Source: Fimicolochytrium jonesii (taxonomy: Eukaryota). From it: a stretch of 64,000 nucleotides of DNA. The position numbers were made by a program, and so were the translations under genes. Under the pieces are notes generated by a model that was not told the DNA's origin, ran no database searches, and worked only from the letters and a program-made list of their open reading frames with translations. The stretch's first letter is position 1, and every line of letters starts with the position of its first letter. Of this stretch, positions 13,474-25,577 are shown piece after piece. The stretch covers positions 806,001-870,000 of the forward strand of contig NW_026515668.1 in assembly GCF_025526975.1 (NCBI RefSeq), given 5' to 3'.

Positions 13474-14944
13474 TCACGTGTCAACCGGCGCATAAGTCTT
13501 TGACCGCCGTTGCGAGATGAGCTTCATTCCAAAGAAGATCAGGCAGGCCGATACGCCGCCGAACGTCAGTACCAGGCCGAGGAAGAGCAGTGGGGATGCG
13601 GGTGTTGGGTCCTGCGTGGATGCGAATGAGGTTTTTTAGATTTATATCTGAGGATTGTGAAATCACACGTGGCGGTTATCTGTATACATACCTCGATACG
13701 GGACGGTGCATTCTTACTGACGGCATGCGCCGACTGATGCGGTGCTTTTGGTCGGTTTGTTATGGATTCTATTGCTTCCATGGTGTCGTTTGCTGATGGC
13801 GATTTGCCCAACGCCTCGTGCTGCCCTGCTGGCAGTTTCTCAGACACTTTGTCTTGCCCTGCAGGTGGCTGCTCAGCAGACTCCTTTTCCGACGCTGGAA
13901 CGTGTTTCTGGGATTCCGTTCCATTGGATGACTTCTGCTCTGAAGATGGCTTCGACCAGTCTATTCCCTTCTCCGAGGTCGATGCGTGTCCTGCATTTTG
14001 CGTTGCGTTGGTCGCCTTCTGCTGATCGATAGTTGAATGTGATCCTTTCAATTTGTGGTCTTCCTTCGGTGCCGATGTATTGTTCTCGATGTTTGTTGCG
14101 TTCGCGCCATGGAGCTTCTTCATGCCAGCAGCTATATCTAATGATGGCTTGACTGGTCGCGGCTTCTGTTTGTTATCCGCGCCCTTCCCTCCCTCTTTCT
14201 CCCCCACCGTCTCCTCCTCATCTACCTCCTCGGCACCCTGTTTGTGCTTCTCTTGGTTCACCGTCTCCGGCTTGACCTTGCCCTCGGTCTCATCCAACTT
14301 CCTCCTAGCGACAACCTGCGCCTCCACATATTTCAAGACATCGTTGACCTCATCCTGGCCCATGTACTCCTCCACCCGTTTGCCATCGACGAAAAGCAGG
14401 ATCGTCGGGTACGCATCCACATCGTCGACTTCGCAAAGATGCGAGTTGGAATCCCTATCGCCATTGATGCTGCATTCGATTTTGGCGATGTGCACGTTGG
14501 AGGAGGTGTAGTTGCGAGCCTCGAACTCTTGCTGCACTTTCAGCCATTTTGGTGTAAATCTGGTGGGAGTCAAGGTATTAGCTTTTGCGGCACGAAACAG
14601 GATATTGTAGCTCACCGCACGTACCTTTGTGTATACGGACACCAGCTTGCGCCGTAAAATAAGCTGGGAGAAGAAGAAAGAGGGGCTTCAGTCTCGAGCA
14701 GTTGCGAAAAAAGGCAATTTGAGCAAAGGAGTGCTCACATCCAAGTATCGGCTTCTCTCAAAGCCTCACCGACTTGCCCCTTTATGAAGAATATGCTCTT
14801 GTCCGCTTCATCCGCTAGTCGTTTTCGCTCTATCCTTTGCTCCTTTGCCAATCCTGCCTGTACAGCCTGCAAGAAGGCCAGTAGGACAAACGCCAGTGCT
14901 GCTAGCGTATAGAGTGCCTGCAATACAGGTCGCGATGTCGCCAT
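13474..14944 (-). CDS. secretory-pathway thioredoxin-domain membrane protein (WCPYT site)
   Basis: Signal peptide; spliced LFYGASWCPYTQRFTPKW...IAKIECS...DAYPTILLF; low-complexity stalk; C-terminal TM helix and short tail. Confidence 0.75.
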
Positions 14945-15688
14945 GTTTGCCGGCTGACGGAGAAGGTGAACTGCTCTGCGTGCCTTTTCGACTAGACGAG
15001 CCGTATATGACTTTTGTTGGGGATGTGCGGTCGTCACAGCGAGAGTCGAAAGGCGTGGGAATGTCAAATGTCGAGTACGTATGCTCACTTTCAGTGAGTT
15101 GGCAAAGGCGATTGAATTGAATTGCAAGCGGCCGTCGTTCTTTATTTATTTGAGTGAATGGGCGCCTCCTTAACTTAAGTCTCAAGTCTCAAGTTGAGTC
15201 TCAGGTCTTTCGACGGGGTTAAATAGTTGGTCCGGGACCCTGGCTTGCATCGCGCGTCTCATCAGCGGCGGAGTTAAGTTATTATGGGACCATTCCAATT
15301 CGCTCCCTCTTGAGTCCTGGCTTGACTCGGGATTCCTTTTTTCCTTCCTAAATACAAGGAACTCTTGATCAACGCTGTTTCACAATCAAATAACCTCGTC
15401 ACTTCCACAATGTAGAAAAAGAGTCGCGGAGGTTCCGTCGACAACCGGGCCCTTCCTTATACTGTACTTTCCACCCTCCTTCTGTCGTCGCTCTCGCTCG
15501 GTCGTCAGGAGCTCTCGCGCTTACAATTCTTGTCCACTCCGTCATACATACAGCAAAAGCGTAGCCAGCCCTAGCATCGCCGGTGGCAACGATTGTTCAG
15601 TGCGACGACAGCTGCAATCCACTCGAAGTAACTTTCTCTGGAGAACTGGTCTTGTTCAACACCACACAACATAGCGCAAACACCAACT

Positions 15689-16882
15689 ATGCTACCACCA
15701 GGACCGACGAGGCAGATGCTCGCTACAGCTACAGCGACAGCCCTACTCTTCCTCTCAACACCGGCATTCACTAAGCCTCTCGGCTACCCCATCGAAGATC
15801 TGACAGTCCTCTCGACGAATCCACCAGCGCATGTCTTCGTCAACGGATCCGGCGTTCCGACCTTGGTTTCCTTCCGGTCCACTGATGCAGAAACTCCGAG
15901 CGACATCCTACCCATTACCACCAATTCAAAGTTCCTGTCGGTCATGTCCAGCTTTCTGCCTGAGGACAGCGCATCATTTCACGGTGTAGCGTCACAGAGC
16001 GGCACCAACGTCATTCTGGCCGACACGAGGTACAATGTGCTCTATAAGGCGGATGTCGCTACGGGACAGACGAGGCTCCTGTTTGATCCGACACTGTTGC
16101 ATCAATTTGCAACGAACAAAAGCACCACCGGCGCTCCAAAGACCTCTGCTACAGCGGACAACACCGGTCTGACACGCGGGGCGGCCACATCCGAGGCGCC
16201 ACCACCCAACATGCCCTTGAGCGGCATCGTCCGCGTCGACAAAGACACCAACGACGTCCTCTTCGTCGGCCTCAAAAACCAAATCTTCCGCGTCCCCGCC
16301 ACCCGCCCTAACCTCACCGACCAAGGCGACATCATCGAAATGATCTCCTCCGGGTTCGGCCGCTGGCAGGTCGCCGACATTTGCCAAAGCGACCGCCGCA
16401 TCGTCGTCTCCCTCTTCCGCCCTGGAACAGGGCCCTCGCCAAAGACCGTCCCCATCACCGGCCCGCACGCCAACGGCACCGCCGCACCACGCCCGGGATC
16501 CATCTCCGTCGTCGCGAGTTGGACCGTGTATACCGACCGCGCCACGACCCTGTCCAGCGAACGGCCCCGTGTCCTGCGACGGAGGATAATCGGCGCTGCC
16601 ATCGCGCGACCGCTCACGGGGATGAAATTCGATTGTGCGGGGGATATGGTCTTTATCGTCGACGACGGGCGCATGACCGTGCACAGACCGGGCACGCCGA
16701 ACCCCGTCGTTCCGGGAGAGATTCCAATGGATGTGTTGGATCCCACCACGGTTGTTGTGAGACCGGGGCTGAGCGTCGTGGTGACGGGGACGTGCGATGG
16801 ACGGCCCTGTTATGATGAGAAGCCGTGGGCGGAGGTCATGGCGAATGCTGATCCGACCGTGGTCAACGCTCCGGATAATTAA
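15689..16882 (+). CDS. secreted hypothetical protein, intronless
   Basis: 397-aa ORF with a signal-peptide-like N-terminus (LATATATALLFLSTPAFT); no family recognised. Confidence 0.6.
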   Translation: MLPPGPTRQMLATATATALLFLSTPAFTKPLGYPIEDLTVLSTNPPAHVFVNGSGVPTLVSFRSTDAETPSDILPITTNSKFLSVMSSFLPEDSASFHGVASQSGTNVILADTRYNVLYKADVATGQTRLLFDPTLLHQFATNKSTTGAPKTSATADNTGLTRGAATSEAPPPNMPLSGIVRVDKDTNDVLFVGLKNQIFRVPATRPNLTDQGDIIEMISSGFGRWQVADICQSDRRIVVSLFRPGTGPSPKTVPITGPHANGTAAPRPGSISVVASWTVYTDRATTLSSERPRVLRRRIIGAAIARPLTGMKFDCAGDMVFIVDDGRMTVHRPGTPNPVVPGEIPMDVLDPTTVVVRPGLSVVVTGTCDGRPCYDEKPWAEVMANADPTVVNAPDN

Positions 16883-17160
16883 TGGCCTATTACCGCACAC
16901 AAGTTGAGGGGTCTTTCAGGAAGTGTGGACCCCTGTGTAAATAGAATCGTGTACATAGACGTTGCAGGACATGACATGCCTGTCCCCAACCCATCAGCTT
17001 GTAAGATTTATTTGCATTATTACTTTACATTCATGCATACATTCATGAAAGAACCCCGGCGCTTTCCCATCAACAGCGAGCCGTCAACCAAAACGGAATC
17101 TGCCCATTTATGCAAACATCAATTAGTCGGTTTTCCGAATAGGCGCTCGACACGTATGCC

Positions 17161-18007
17161 TCAATTCGCGTCAACGCCGCCTAGTTTGGTTTTCAAGGCC
17201 ACTTCGTTAGAGGCGATGAGTAGACTTGGCGTTCCGGCAATCGGTAAAGATGCGATAGCAAAATGCCGCAAAATGTCGAAACCGAGCAGACACTCGTCGT
17301 TAGACTCCTCACTCCAGAGATCGATCCTCAACTTCGGACTCCATTTTGTTTGAGCAGGATTGATGCCAGACACTGTAGCACGGAAACAGGTGCCCGAACC
17401 TGTTCCCAGACCCTGGAAGGACACAATTGTAGTAGCCGGATTGCCAAGTTGAATCAAATGATGGTGTTGCAAATCGTGCGCGGACACCCTGTATCAAAAC
17501 AGACATCCTCAATGCTAAAATTTGTAGCGTGCCCCTTTAGGTTGTCAATTCGTACTTCCAAAGGAACCTGCAGAAGGCAAGTTATAGATATTGCTCAAGA
17601 ATACAACGAAGTACAAGTGATACCTTAAGCTCTGCCTGGGCACCTGGAATACACGCTACAGCCCTCTTCTTCTCTCCTCGCAGATTTTTGTCATTCACCG
17701 GCTGAAAAGCACCACCAGGATGTTCGTCCACCACTTCCATGATATCATCTTCGCTTGGAAAAAAACGGACAATGGACTGATCGTGGATCAGAACCCATTC
17801 ATCCTCATGCCCGGCAAATGCACCTTCCGACCTAAGCTTGTAAAAGGCGATCAAGTTCTCCACATAGTCCGAGCGGCCTTCCTTCAGCCGTTGGAGAGTG
17901 CCAACAATGGATTTTGGAACATAAGGGGGAAATTCTGTCATGATGTTAGCAAAGGGTTTTTGCTTGATATCAGCAAAATACTTTGATTGTACCTTTCTGA
18001 TGTGCAT
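17161..18007 (-). pseudogene. DUF5678-like domain plus retropepsin-like aspartyl protease, one intron, 1-nt frameshift near 17470
   Basis: Exon 1 'AFYKLRSEGAFAGHEDEWVLIHDQSIV'; exon 2 'CFDTGCPRT' continues in another frame to 'CLLGFDIL'. Confidence 0.6.
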
Positions 18008-18607
18008 CTGCTTTGGCTTGTTTCGTGTCTTCGTCAATGCTGGCGTCTGCGATCGGTGAGCTGCTCTAGCTTGCCGCGCGGCTCTAGCTCGGGGAACGGT
18101 CCTTGCTTCGTGTGATGCATCCCTCAGAAGACTGTTTTTAAGATAAAAGCATGTATCCGATGGGAAAAGAAATACTGAAGTGTTCCGAGCAAGTCCATTC
18201 CCGAGTAGATTCCCGCGGGCATGAAAAAGAAAAAACGCGTTCACAGTCTTCACGGGAGCGCGCGTCCCATATGGACAGTGGAGATGTTGTAGCAAGCTCT
18301 CCTCGGTCGGTTGAACACGTTCTCATCTCAACGCGATCTCATCTCGCTCCTGCTGCTTCCGTCAGCGATTCCTTTTGCGTGATCCCCACTCAGCAGCTTT
18401 TCGAAACTGGCGGAGCTTTTCTTGGGAGCCCTCGGCGTCGGCGTCGTCCTCGGTTCTTTCTTTCTCAATACTCGGAAACGCACCAGATCGCCGGCCCCAA
18501 CTGATCTTGACAGTCGGGAAAGAGAACGCACCCCCGACCGCACAGAGACGAAGAAGCGCCCGCGTACCCAACAACCACAGAACATCAAAGAACCGCTTTC
18601 CAACAAA

Positions 18608-21260
18608 ATGTCCGTCGTTGGAATCGACTTTGGAAGCTTGAACACCGTTGTGGCCGTGGCTAGGAATCGAGGTATCGACGTGATCGTCAACGAAGTCTCA
18701 AACCGCGCAACTCCGTAAGTGCTTCTGGTCATTGGTGGCGGTGCAATTTGGGCTCACGAGCTGAGGCTGGACGTGCCTTCGAAGTTGATCACCACAATTA
18801 TGTTTTTCCCACGAATTTTTCTCTGCCTTTCTCGATTGTTCATCTCTTCGTTTTCTTTTAGGTCCCTCGTATCTTTTGGTGAAAAGCAGCGTTATCTCGG
18901 CGAAAGCGCCAAAACACAGGAAATCTCCAACTTCAAAAACACGGTATCTGGCCTCAAACGCTTGCTTGGCCGCCCGTACTCGGATCCGGATATCAAGGTC
19001 GACAAAAAGTTTATCAATGTCAATCTTGTGGAGGGAGAACGCGGCGAGGTTGCCGCATCCGTGTGGTATCAAGATGATCAGCGTCAATACACCTTCACCC
19101 AAATCGCGTCAATGTTTCTCACAAAGGTCAAAGAATTTACGAGCAAAGAAATCGGAACGGCGGTGACGGACGCTGTGATATCCTGCCCTGGATGGTACAC
19201 GGACCATCAGAGAAGGGCGCTTTTGGATGCCGCGGACGTTGCTGGTATCAACATCCTGAAGGTCGTCAATGACACTACCGCGTCTGCTCTTGGTTATGGT
19301 ATCACGAAGACGGACCTTCCGGATCCCGCTGACAGCAACGTCAAACCCAGGATTGTGGTCTTCTTTGACCTGGGTTATTCATCCACTCAGGTTGCGGTGG
19401 TGTCCTATGTCAAGGGAAAGCTGATTGTGAAGGGGACGGCATATGACCGCAACCTTGGTGGACGGGACTTTGATGAGGTGTTGGTGGAGCATTACACCAA
19501 AGAGTTCTCCGCCAAATATAAGATCGACATCCAAAGCAACCCCAAAGCGATCTTCCGCCTGCGGCAAGGGTGCGAGAAGGTCAAGAAGATCTTGTCTGCT
19601 AACGCGGTCACCGTTCTCAACGTTGAATGTTTAATGGATGACAAGGATGTTTCTGCTCAAGTGCAGCGATCTGACTACGAGGAGTGGGCTGCCGCCCTAG
19701 TCGAACGTCTTTATGTTCCCCTGCGATCCGCCCTCGACGCTGCTGGCGTCGGGCCAGACGAGGTCGATTTCGTGGAGCTGGTCGGAGGCAGCACTCGAGT
19801 TCCCTCTGTAAAGCAAACTTTGGCGGATCTGTTTGGCCCCGAGAAGCTGTCTACTACCCTCAATCAAGACGAGGCTGTGGCACGTGGATGTGCTCTTCAA
19901 TGTGCAATGATTTCGCCCGTTTTCAAAGTGCGCGACTTTGCGGTCCAGGACTGGAATGGATACCCTATCTCGCTGTCATGGGATGCTGCTCTTGCACCGG
20001 CCCCGAAAGCTGGTGAGAAGGCTGAAACCGTCATGGAAGCCTTCCCCGTGGGCAATGCGATTCCCAGCTCGAAGGTACTTGCGTCACGACCCTGATTTCA
20101 TACATAGTTCATGGATTAACCATCACTCCTCGTAGATCATGACCTTCTACCGAGTCCTGAAAGACAGCGAGCTGTCCAAGAGCAACGGTTTGGTGGCGCT
20201 TGACATCCAAGCCGCATACAGCGCGACCCGCGCCGAGCGGGCATATCCCGAAGGTTTGGGTGCAGCGATCGGCACGTGGACATTGAAGGGTATCAAGAAA
20301 GTCGGCGGCACGACTGAGCAGACGGAAGGTGGAGAAGCGAAAGCGATCATAAAAGTCAAAGCACGGTTGGATGGCAACGGGCTGGTAGTGATCGACAGCG
20401 CGAGCCAGATTGAGGAGCAGCTAGTTCCTGTGACAGACGAATCGAGAAAGGAGGAGACGAAGAAGGAGGATGGCATGGACATCGACTCACCCTCTACTCC
20501 TGATGCCAGCAAGACCAAGCGCCTGATCAAGAAACACGACTTGACCATCACAAACAAAACGGCAGCAGCACCCGTCGAGCTGTTAAACAAATGGAAGGAC
20601 GCCGAGGGACAGATGGCTGCCAACGACCGTCTCATCATCGATACCGCTGAGGCTCGCAATAACCTCGAAGAGTACGTGTACGACACAAGATCCAAGCTTG
20701 AGATGGCGTGGAGCGAGTATATCACCGAAGCGAACCGCGCGGCCTTCCTGAAAAACCTGAATGATATGGAGGAGTGGCTCTACACCGAGGAAGGTGACAC
20801 AGCGAGCAAAGGCACGTACACCGAGAAGCTCAACAGTCTCCGAAAATCGGGCGATCCGGTCAAGAAGCGGTTCCTTGAACATGAGGAACGCCCGCGCACC
20901 GAAAGGCAGCTCCGCGAATACATCAACTCGGCGATCGTCAACACCACCGCGGGAGACGATCGCTACGCGCACATCCCAAAACAGGATCTCGAGAAGGTCG
21001 TTAAAGAATGCCAGGCGAAACTCAGCTGGTTGAACGATGCCATTGCGAAAAGCAACGAGACGCCTAAACACCAGGACCCGGCTGTTAGCATCGATCAGCT
21101 GCACAGGGAGAGGGAGAGTTTGCATTTGGTAGTGAACCCGATCTTGAGCAGGCCTAAACCGGCTCCTAAGAAGGAGGAGAAGAAGGATGAGAAGCCTGCT
21201 ACGCCTAAACCGGAGGCCCCGAAAGCTGAAGGCGAGGACGATCGGATGGACGTTGATTAG
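18608..21260 (+). CDS. SSE1: Hsp110 family nucleotide exchange factor (Sse1/Hsp88)
   Basis: [51 protein letters not shown]-terminal MDVD; 2 introns. Confidence 0.96.
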
Positions 21261-21514
21261 GTTGTAGAGAGCTTTGTCGCCTTCTGTTCCCGTTCGAGTT
21301 CTAGGCACCAGATAGATTTCCGCAACCTTTTTGTATATTTTCCCATGTATCATTATTTTCAATGTGTTAACCCTGTTGACATGACCATGCAACGGTATTT
21401 TCGAGAGGACTGAGATGTGATGGCAAAGTCTCCGATCACTAAAAGTCCGCATCGGCCTACATGTACATTCTGACTCACCTGCGGAAGTCATCATCGACGG
21501 ACCCCTACGCCTAT

Positions 21515-22845
21515 CTAAAACCTGCCTCTACGAACCAAGAACCACCAATAAGCCGCACCCATTGCCGCACCCCCTAAATGCCCCGCCGTATCCGTTCCCC
21601 CACTGGTCCCCGTATAACTTTTATACGCATCATACGCCACAAACCCACCAAGCGCAATGATCGCGGGGACGGGGACCAACCCGAAAAGATAGACGCTGGC
21701 GCGCGGATACGTCAATGCGAAGAGGAGCGTCACACCGGTGACGCAGCCGCTGGCGCCGAGGGAGTAGGTGGGTGGTCCGCGTTGTCGAGCGGTGTTGACT
21801 TGGTTGATTAGCGAGCCGACGGAGGCGGCGAGACCGGAGAGGAGGTAGAGGCCGAGGAAGTTGCGGGGGCCGACTATTTCGATTACCTATGGAAGAGAGT
21901 TGGTATACTGTACAATCGGGAAGAGCGGCTGAGCGATGCATGGGTAACTTACGGATGGAGCAAAGTTGTACAACACAAACATGTTGAGCAGGATGTCTTC
22001 GAAAACAGGATCGAACCAGCAGGGGCATCGTTAGCACAAGCACCTTGATATGCCCAACCGCCCCTATCCTATAGCACCCCTCTACCGCAACACTCACGCA
22101 TGAGATTGCTATGACTGAAAGCGCAAGTCAACATTGTCCACCATCTCCCCAGATCGATACAGTTGTGCGCATTCAGCAAGAAGTTCTCCCGCATGAATTT
22201 CAACCATTTATGGTCGCCATACTGCTTCGAGTTTGCGTTAGCGTACATCCACATCAGAAACACTGCAGGAAGTCGGGTCAGTTTCACAGAAAGACACGGA
22301 TGCTAGATTGACGCAAGGGAAGACGAAGAGGACGTACCCACAACGTTGACACTGATAATCCCATATAGCACCGTCTCCCCCGAAAACGGGTCCTTGCCTC
22401 GCCCATACGACGCCCGGCCCCAGGTGCTCCCAAACCCTGTGTTTGCGGGTTGATACCAGTTTGATCTGACGCCTCGAGTGTGCGTAGTTGTTGCGGGAGA
22501 TACAGACAACGGCGTGGCGGGCTTTGCAAGGCGGACGCTTTTGGTAAGGAGAGTGGTGCGTTTGAAAGAGGCGAACGTAAAGTGTACGACCGTTCGAAAT
22601 GGGTTGCTATTGTTAGAGAACTGTCGGGCGCCGAGTCGACTTGTGATGCTTTGGAAAGTTGGTGGGTTTGTTGAGGGGAAGCATGCCGATTGGCGGTATT
22701 CAATGAGTCGAAACGTCACAGTGTGGATGGCAGCTGCCGGTTTGGCGAGGATGGAACAAAACGCTACTTGTGGGCGACGGACGTTGTGTGAAATGAGCGG
22801 ACTACGAACTGAGCAGCCCCATTGAAGGCTCCGGAATAAGGACAT
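21515..22845 (-). CDS. PCP1: mitochondrial rhomboid protease (Pcp1/PARL-like)
   Basis: Presequence-like N-terminus, RWWTMLTCAFSH, SLGASG catalytic motif, DTAGHLGGA. Confidence 0.85.
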
Positions 22846-23034
22846 CTCGACAGAACCGCTTGCGCTCAACAGCGCAAGATGTCAGAGATGGATCTCTTCG
22901 CCTTCAAGAAACGACGACGACGGAGAAACGTTCGGAACGAGGCAGTGCAGCGTCACGCATACTGTAAGCGCACTCCGATCCTGTCATTTTGTGCGGAGCC
23001 CTTATACAGTATATATACCAGGCTTCACACGGCA

Positions 23035-24098
23035 ATGACAAAACGGGCGTTTGCCGAAGTTTCAAGTGATCTTCATTGACTGGCAATGAGCTGCTGCAAC
23101 AAGACAAACAACATGGCCAGCCCGAATCGGACATTCACACCTCTAAGATGGTCCGTCAATCGCCGGCCGCTCACATCAGAAACAGTTGAGAAAGAAACGC
23201 AAATAACCCTTCGCCCGTTCCCTGCAATCTCCACACCTCGACCGTCCCGCACCAGTTCTCGCCGGCGCCAGGGCTTTCCCATCCGTCCCAGCCCCACTAC
23301 AACCCACCACAGCCCGTCACGGCCAGGCCTGGATCCCGTACACTCCCAGACCGGCTACTTCACAACAGAGACAACCTCAGCCCTCGAAGAAGCTTGGGGC
23401 TCAAACACCTGTCCACCGAGGAGTGCGTCGCGGAACTGTGGCGGATCATCTCGCTCGAGGAGCAAAAACTGGAATCCCTCCGCAGAAGGGCAATGTTTGA
23501 GCTTGCCGACAAGGCATGGACGACGAAGGCGCGGTTGGCGTTGCAGGCGCAGCAGGAGAAGCTGAACCGGACCCGCAGAGTTGTGCATGGAATGTATGTG
23601 GACGACAGCGCGAGGGTGTTTCTGGATGAGGAGGATTTGAGTTTGGAGGCGTATGAGTTGGAATTTAGGGAGAGGCTGAGTGCACGGCTGAGGGAACGGG
23701 AGGAAAAACGCGGGAGGAAGGAAAATAGAAGGGAGTGGCGGGAAGGGAGAGCTGTTCGGAAAGAAGAGAGGCGAAAGGCGAGGATTGAATGTGCGGTGGC
23801 ATGGGAGAGCCATCAGGCAGCTGGGCAGGAGGATGAGGTCTCATGTAGTGCTGAAGAGGGAGCAGAGGAGGTACTCGCAGCTTTGAAAGAAACGGAAAAA
23901 GAAGGTATTGCGCTAAACGATGAGACAAGCGGCGAGCATCTCAAGTTTGCGGATATCTCCGCCGTTGCCTGCACGTTGTATCCGACCAATACGAATTATG
24001 GGTGGTGTATGATGTTATGTAATGCTAGTAATTTGACGCCGGTCTTTTACGCCGGCGCTACTAAGGTTTCGGATTTCGGATTACACCCCCAATTATGA
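23035..24098 (+). CDS. hypothetical coiled-coil, Arg/Glu-rich protein (structure uncertain)
   Basis: 234-aa ORF 23394-24098 with a charged coiled-coil; the upstream ATG at 23035 is tentative. Confidence 0.4.
23960..24032 (+). repeat. dispersed ~70-bp repeat, copy 2
   Basis: Near-identical to 13296-13364, with a few indels. Confidence 0.9.
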
Positions 24099-24270
24099 GA
24101 ATGCCTACAGTACGTCCGTTTTGGAGGTGCCTGGAAGAAGATTCGGCGCATCCCTTCATTTGTCATTCTCGAAGTTGGTTCCCTTGAAATTCGGTGACGG
24201 GAGGTTCTTGGCAATTGATCGACATCTCATCAGGACCTGCCCTGGACCTTCCAGTCTTGAATGTCGCATG

Positions 24271-24335
24271 AACCCTAACCCTAACCCTAACCCTAACCCT
24301 AACCCTAACTCGGAACCCTAACCCTAACCCTAACC
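24271..24335. repeat. interstitial telomeric repeat (CCCTAA)n, ~9-10 units
   Basis: Read directly from the sequence. Confidence 0.97.
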
Positions 24336-25102
24336 TGTTTTCGTGGGGAAAAAGCATACCGGAAAGAAAAGAAAGGGGAGGGTATATCGTGGTATGTGTA
24401 CTGTACGTAGTCTGCGGATAGTGGTAGGTGCGCGACGAACTGGTAGGTGGGGTTCCGAGACAAGCAAGGGAACCCTCTGCAGCATCCAGAAACGTCGCTA
24501 CCACCCCACGGGCCAATGCAATGGCGAAGACGGCTTATGGCACATACCCTGCAGCAGAGAGAATGAAGGTGTGAGAACGGCGTAGTTGGAAAGGAGACCC
24601 GTTTTAGTTAGCGTGCGCAGTCTCAGAATTCAGGGGTAGAATCGAGATCGCAATGTTGGGAATTACCTCATTACCCATTACCCCATTACCTTGGTTCCCA
24701 CGGTCCCCCTCGCGCTGCCATACCCATCCTCAATTCCCGCCTCAGTGCCCTCTACAACCATTACCGAGGCTTGCTCCGCTGCATGCACCACCGCTTGCGC
24801 CGCCGCTTGCTCGGCTTCTTCTGCTTTTGCTGATGCTCGATGTCTCAGACTCTGAACATGTTGCCGAAACAGGCCGGTTGGTGATCGCTATTTTGCAGGT
24901 GGGGCAGACGGCCTTACTGCCGGTGTGCGCTCGTGGAGGTTCCCAATGAACCTCCCCTGGAGGGACCTCGCGAGTTCATGCAATGGAGGTTTGGTGAGAA
25001 TGTCTGTGGGGGAGAATGTACTGGAAACCTCAGCCAGAGGAGGAGCCTGGGGAATTTCGAGACGTGCCCCGAACTGGAGCTGGGAAGTCTGGGGAAGGTG
25101 GG

Positions 25103-25129
25103 TAGGGTTAGGGTTAAGGGTTAGGGTTA
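25103..25129. repeat. interstitial telomeric repeat (TTAGGG)~4, imperfect
   Basis: tagggttagggttaagggttagggtta. Confidence 0.9.
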
Positions 25130-25577
25130 TGAGCAAACAAAAAGAACCATCCATGGCCTCCGACGCGTTAAATCCGCGCAAATGGCATTTTCTATTATTG
25201 GGGGTGTAATTTGGTCAGGATCTGGCCAGACGGCACCAGACACGGAGACATCCCCCACCACCCCTCTCCACCTCCTCGTCCCCCCCCATTCGCAACTGCC
25301 ACATTCTTCACCCCTACACAAAGTCACAAACCCTCGCTAGGGCGGGCTCCGTCCCGGACGCGTCCCATCCCGGGTGTCCTCAACCTGCCTCGCGTGTGCT
25401 GTATCCAAACCTCCAGATTCACACTACGTATGTACCTCCCTATATCTCTATACAGCCTGTCACAAATTCCCTGCCCTCAAACTCTATCCAACCCCGCCTA
25501 CTTCTCTTCGCATTTGTCCTCACGGCGACATGCACGATTTGCTCTCTTCGCCGCTAGGGAAATTGAGGACACCCCGG

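Larger units (their letters stand above)
24084..25206. mobile_element. non-autonomous TIR element (~1.12 kb), TA-flanked, with internal telomeric repeats
   Basis: Left TA|CACCCCCAATTATGAGAATGCC; right GGCATTTTCTATTATTGGGGGTG|TA (imperfect ~22-bp TIR). Confidence 0.65.

Noticed and set aside
15992..16900. Long antisense ORFs (here, at 20583-21494, 48364-49041 and elsewhere)
   Set aside because: Shadow ORFs of GC-rich real genes on the opposite strand.
8686..22845. Two rhomboid proteases within 15 kb as a possible cluster
   Set aside because: They belong to different subfamilies (secretory vs mitochondrial) with unrelated genes between them; likely chance.
24108..24403. Nested TA|CAGTAC...GTACTG|TA element around the CCCTAA tract
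   Set aside because: The inverted match is only 6 bp and cannot be distinguished from two independent footprints.
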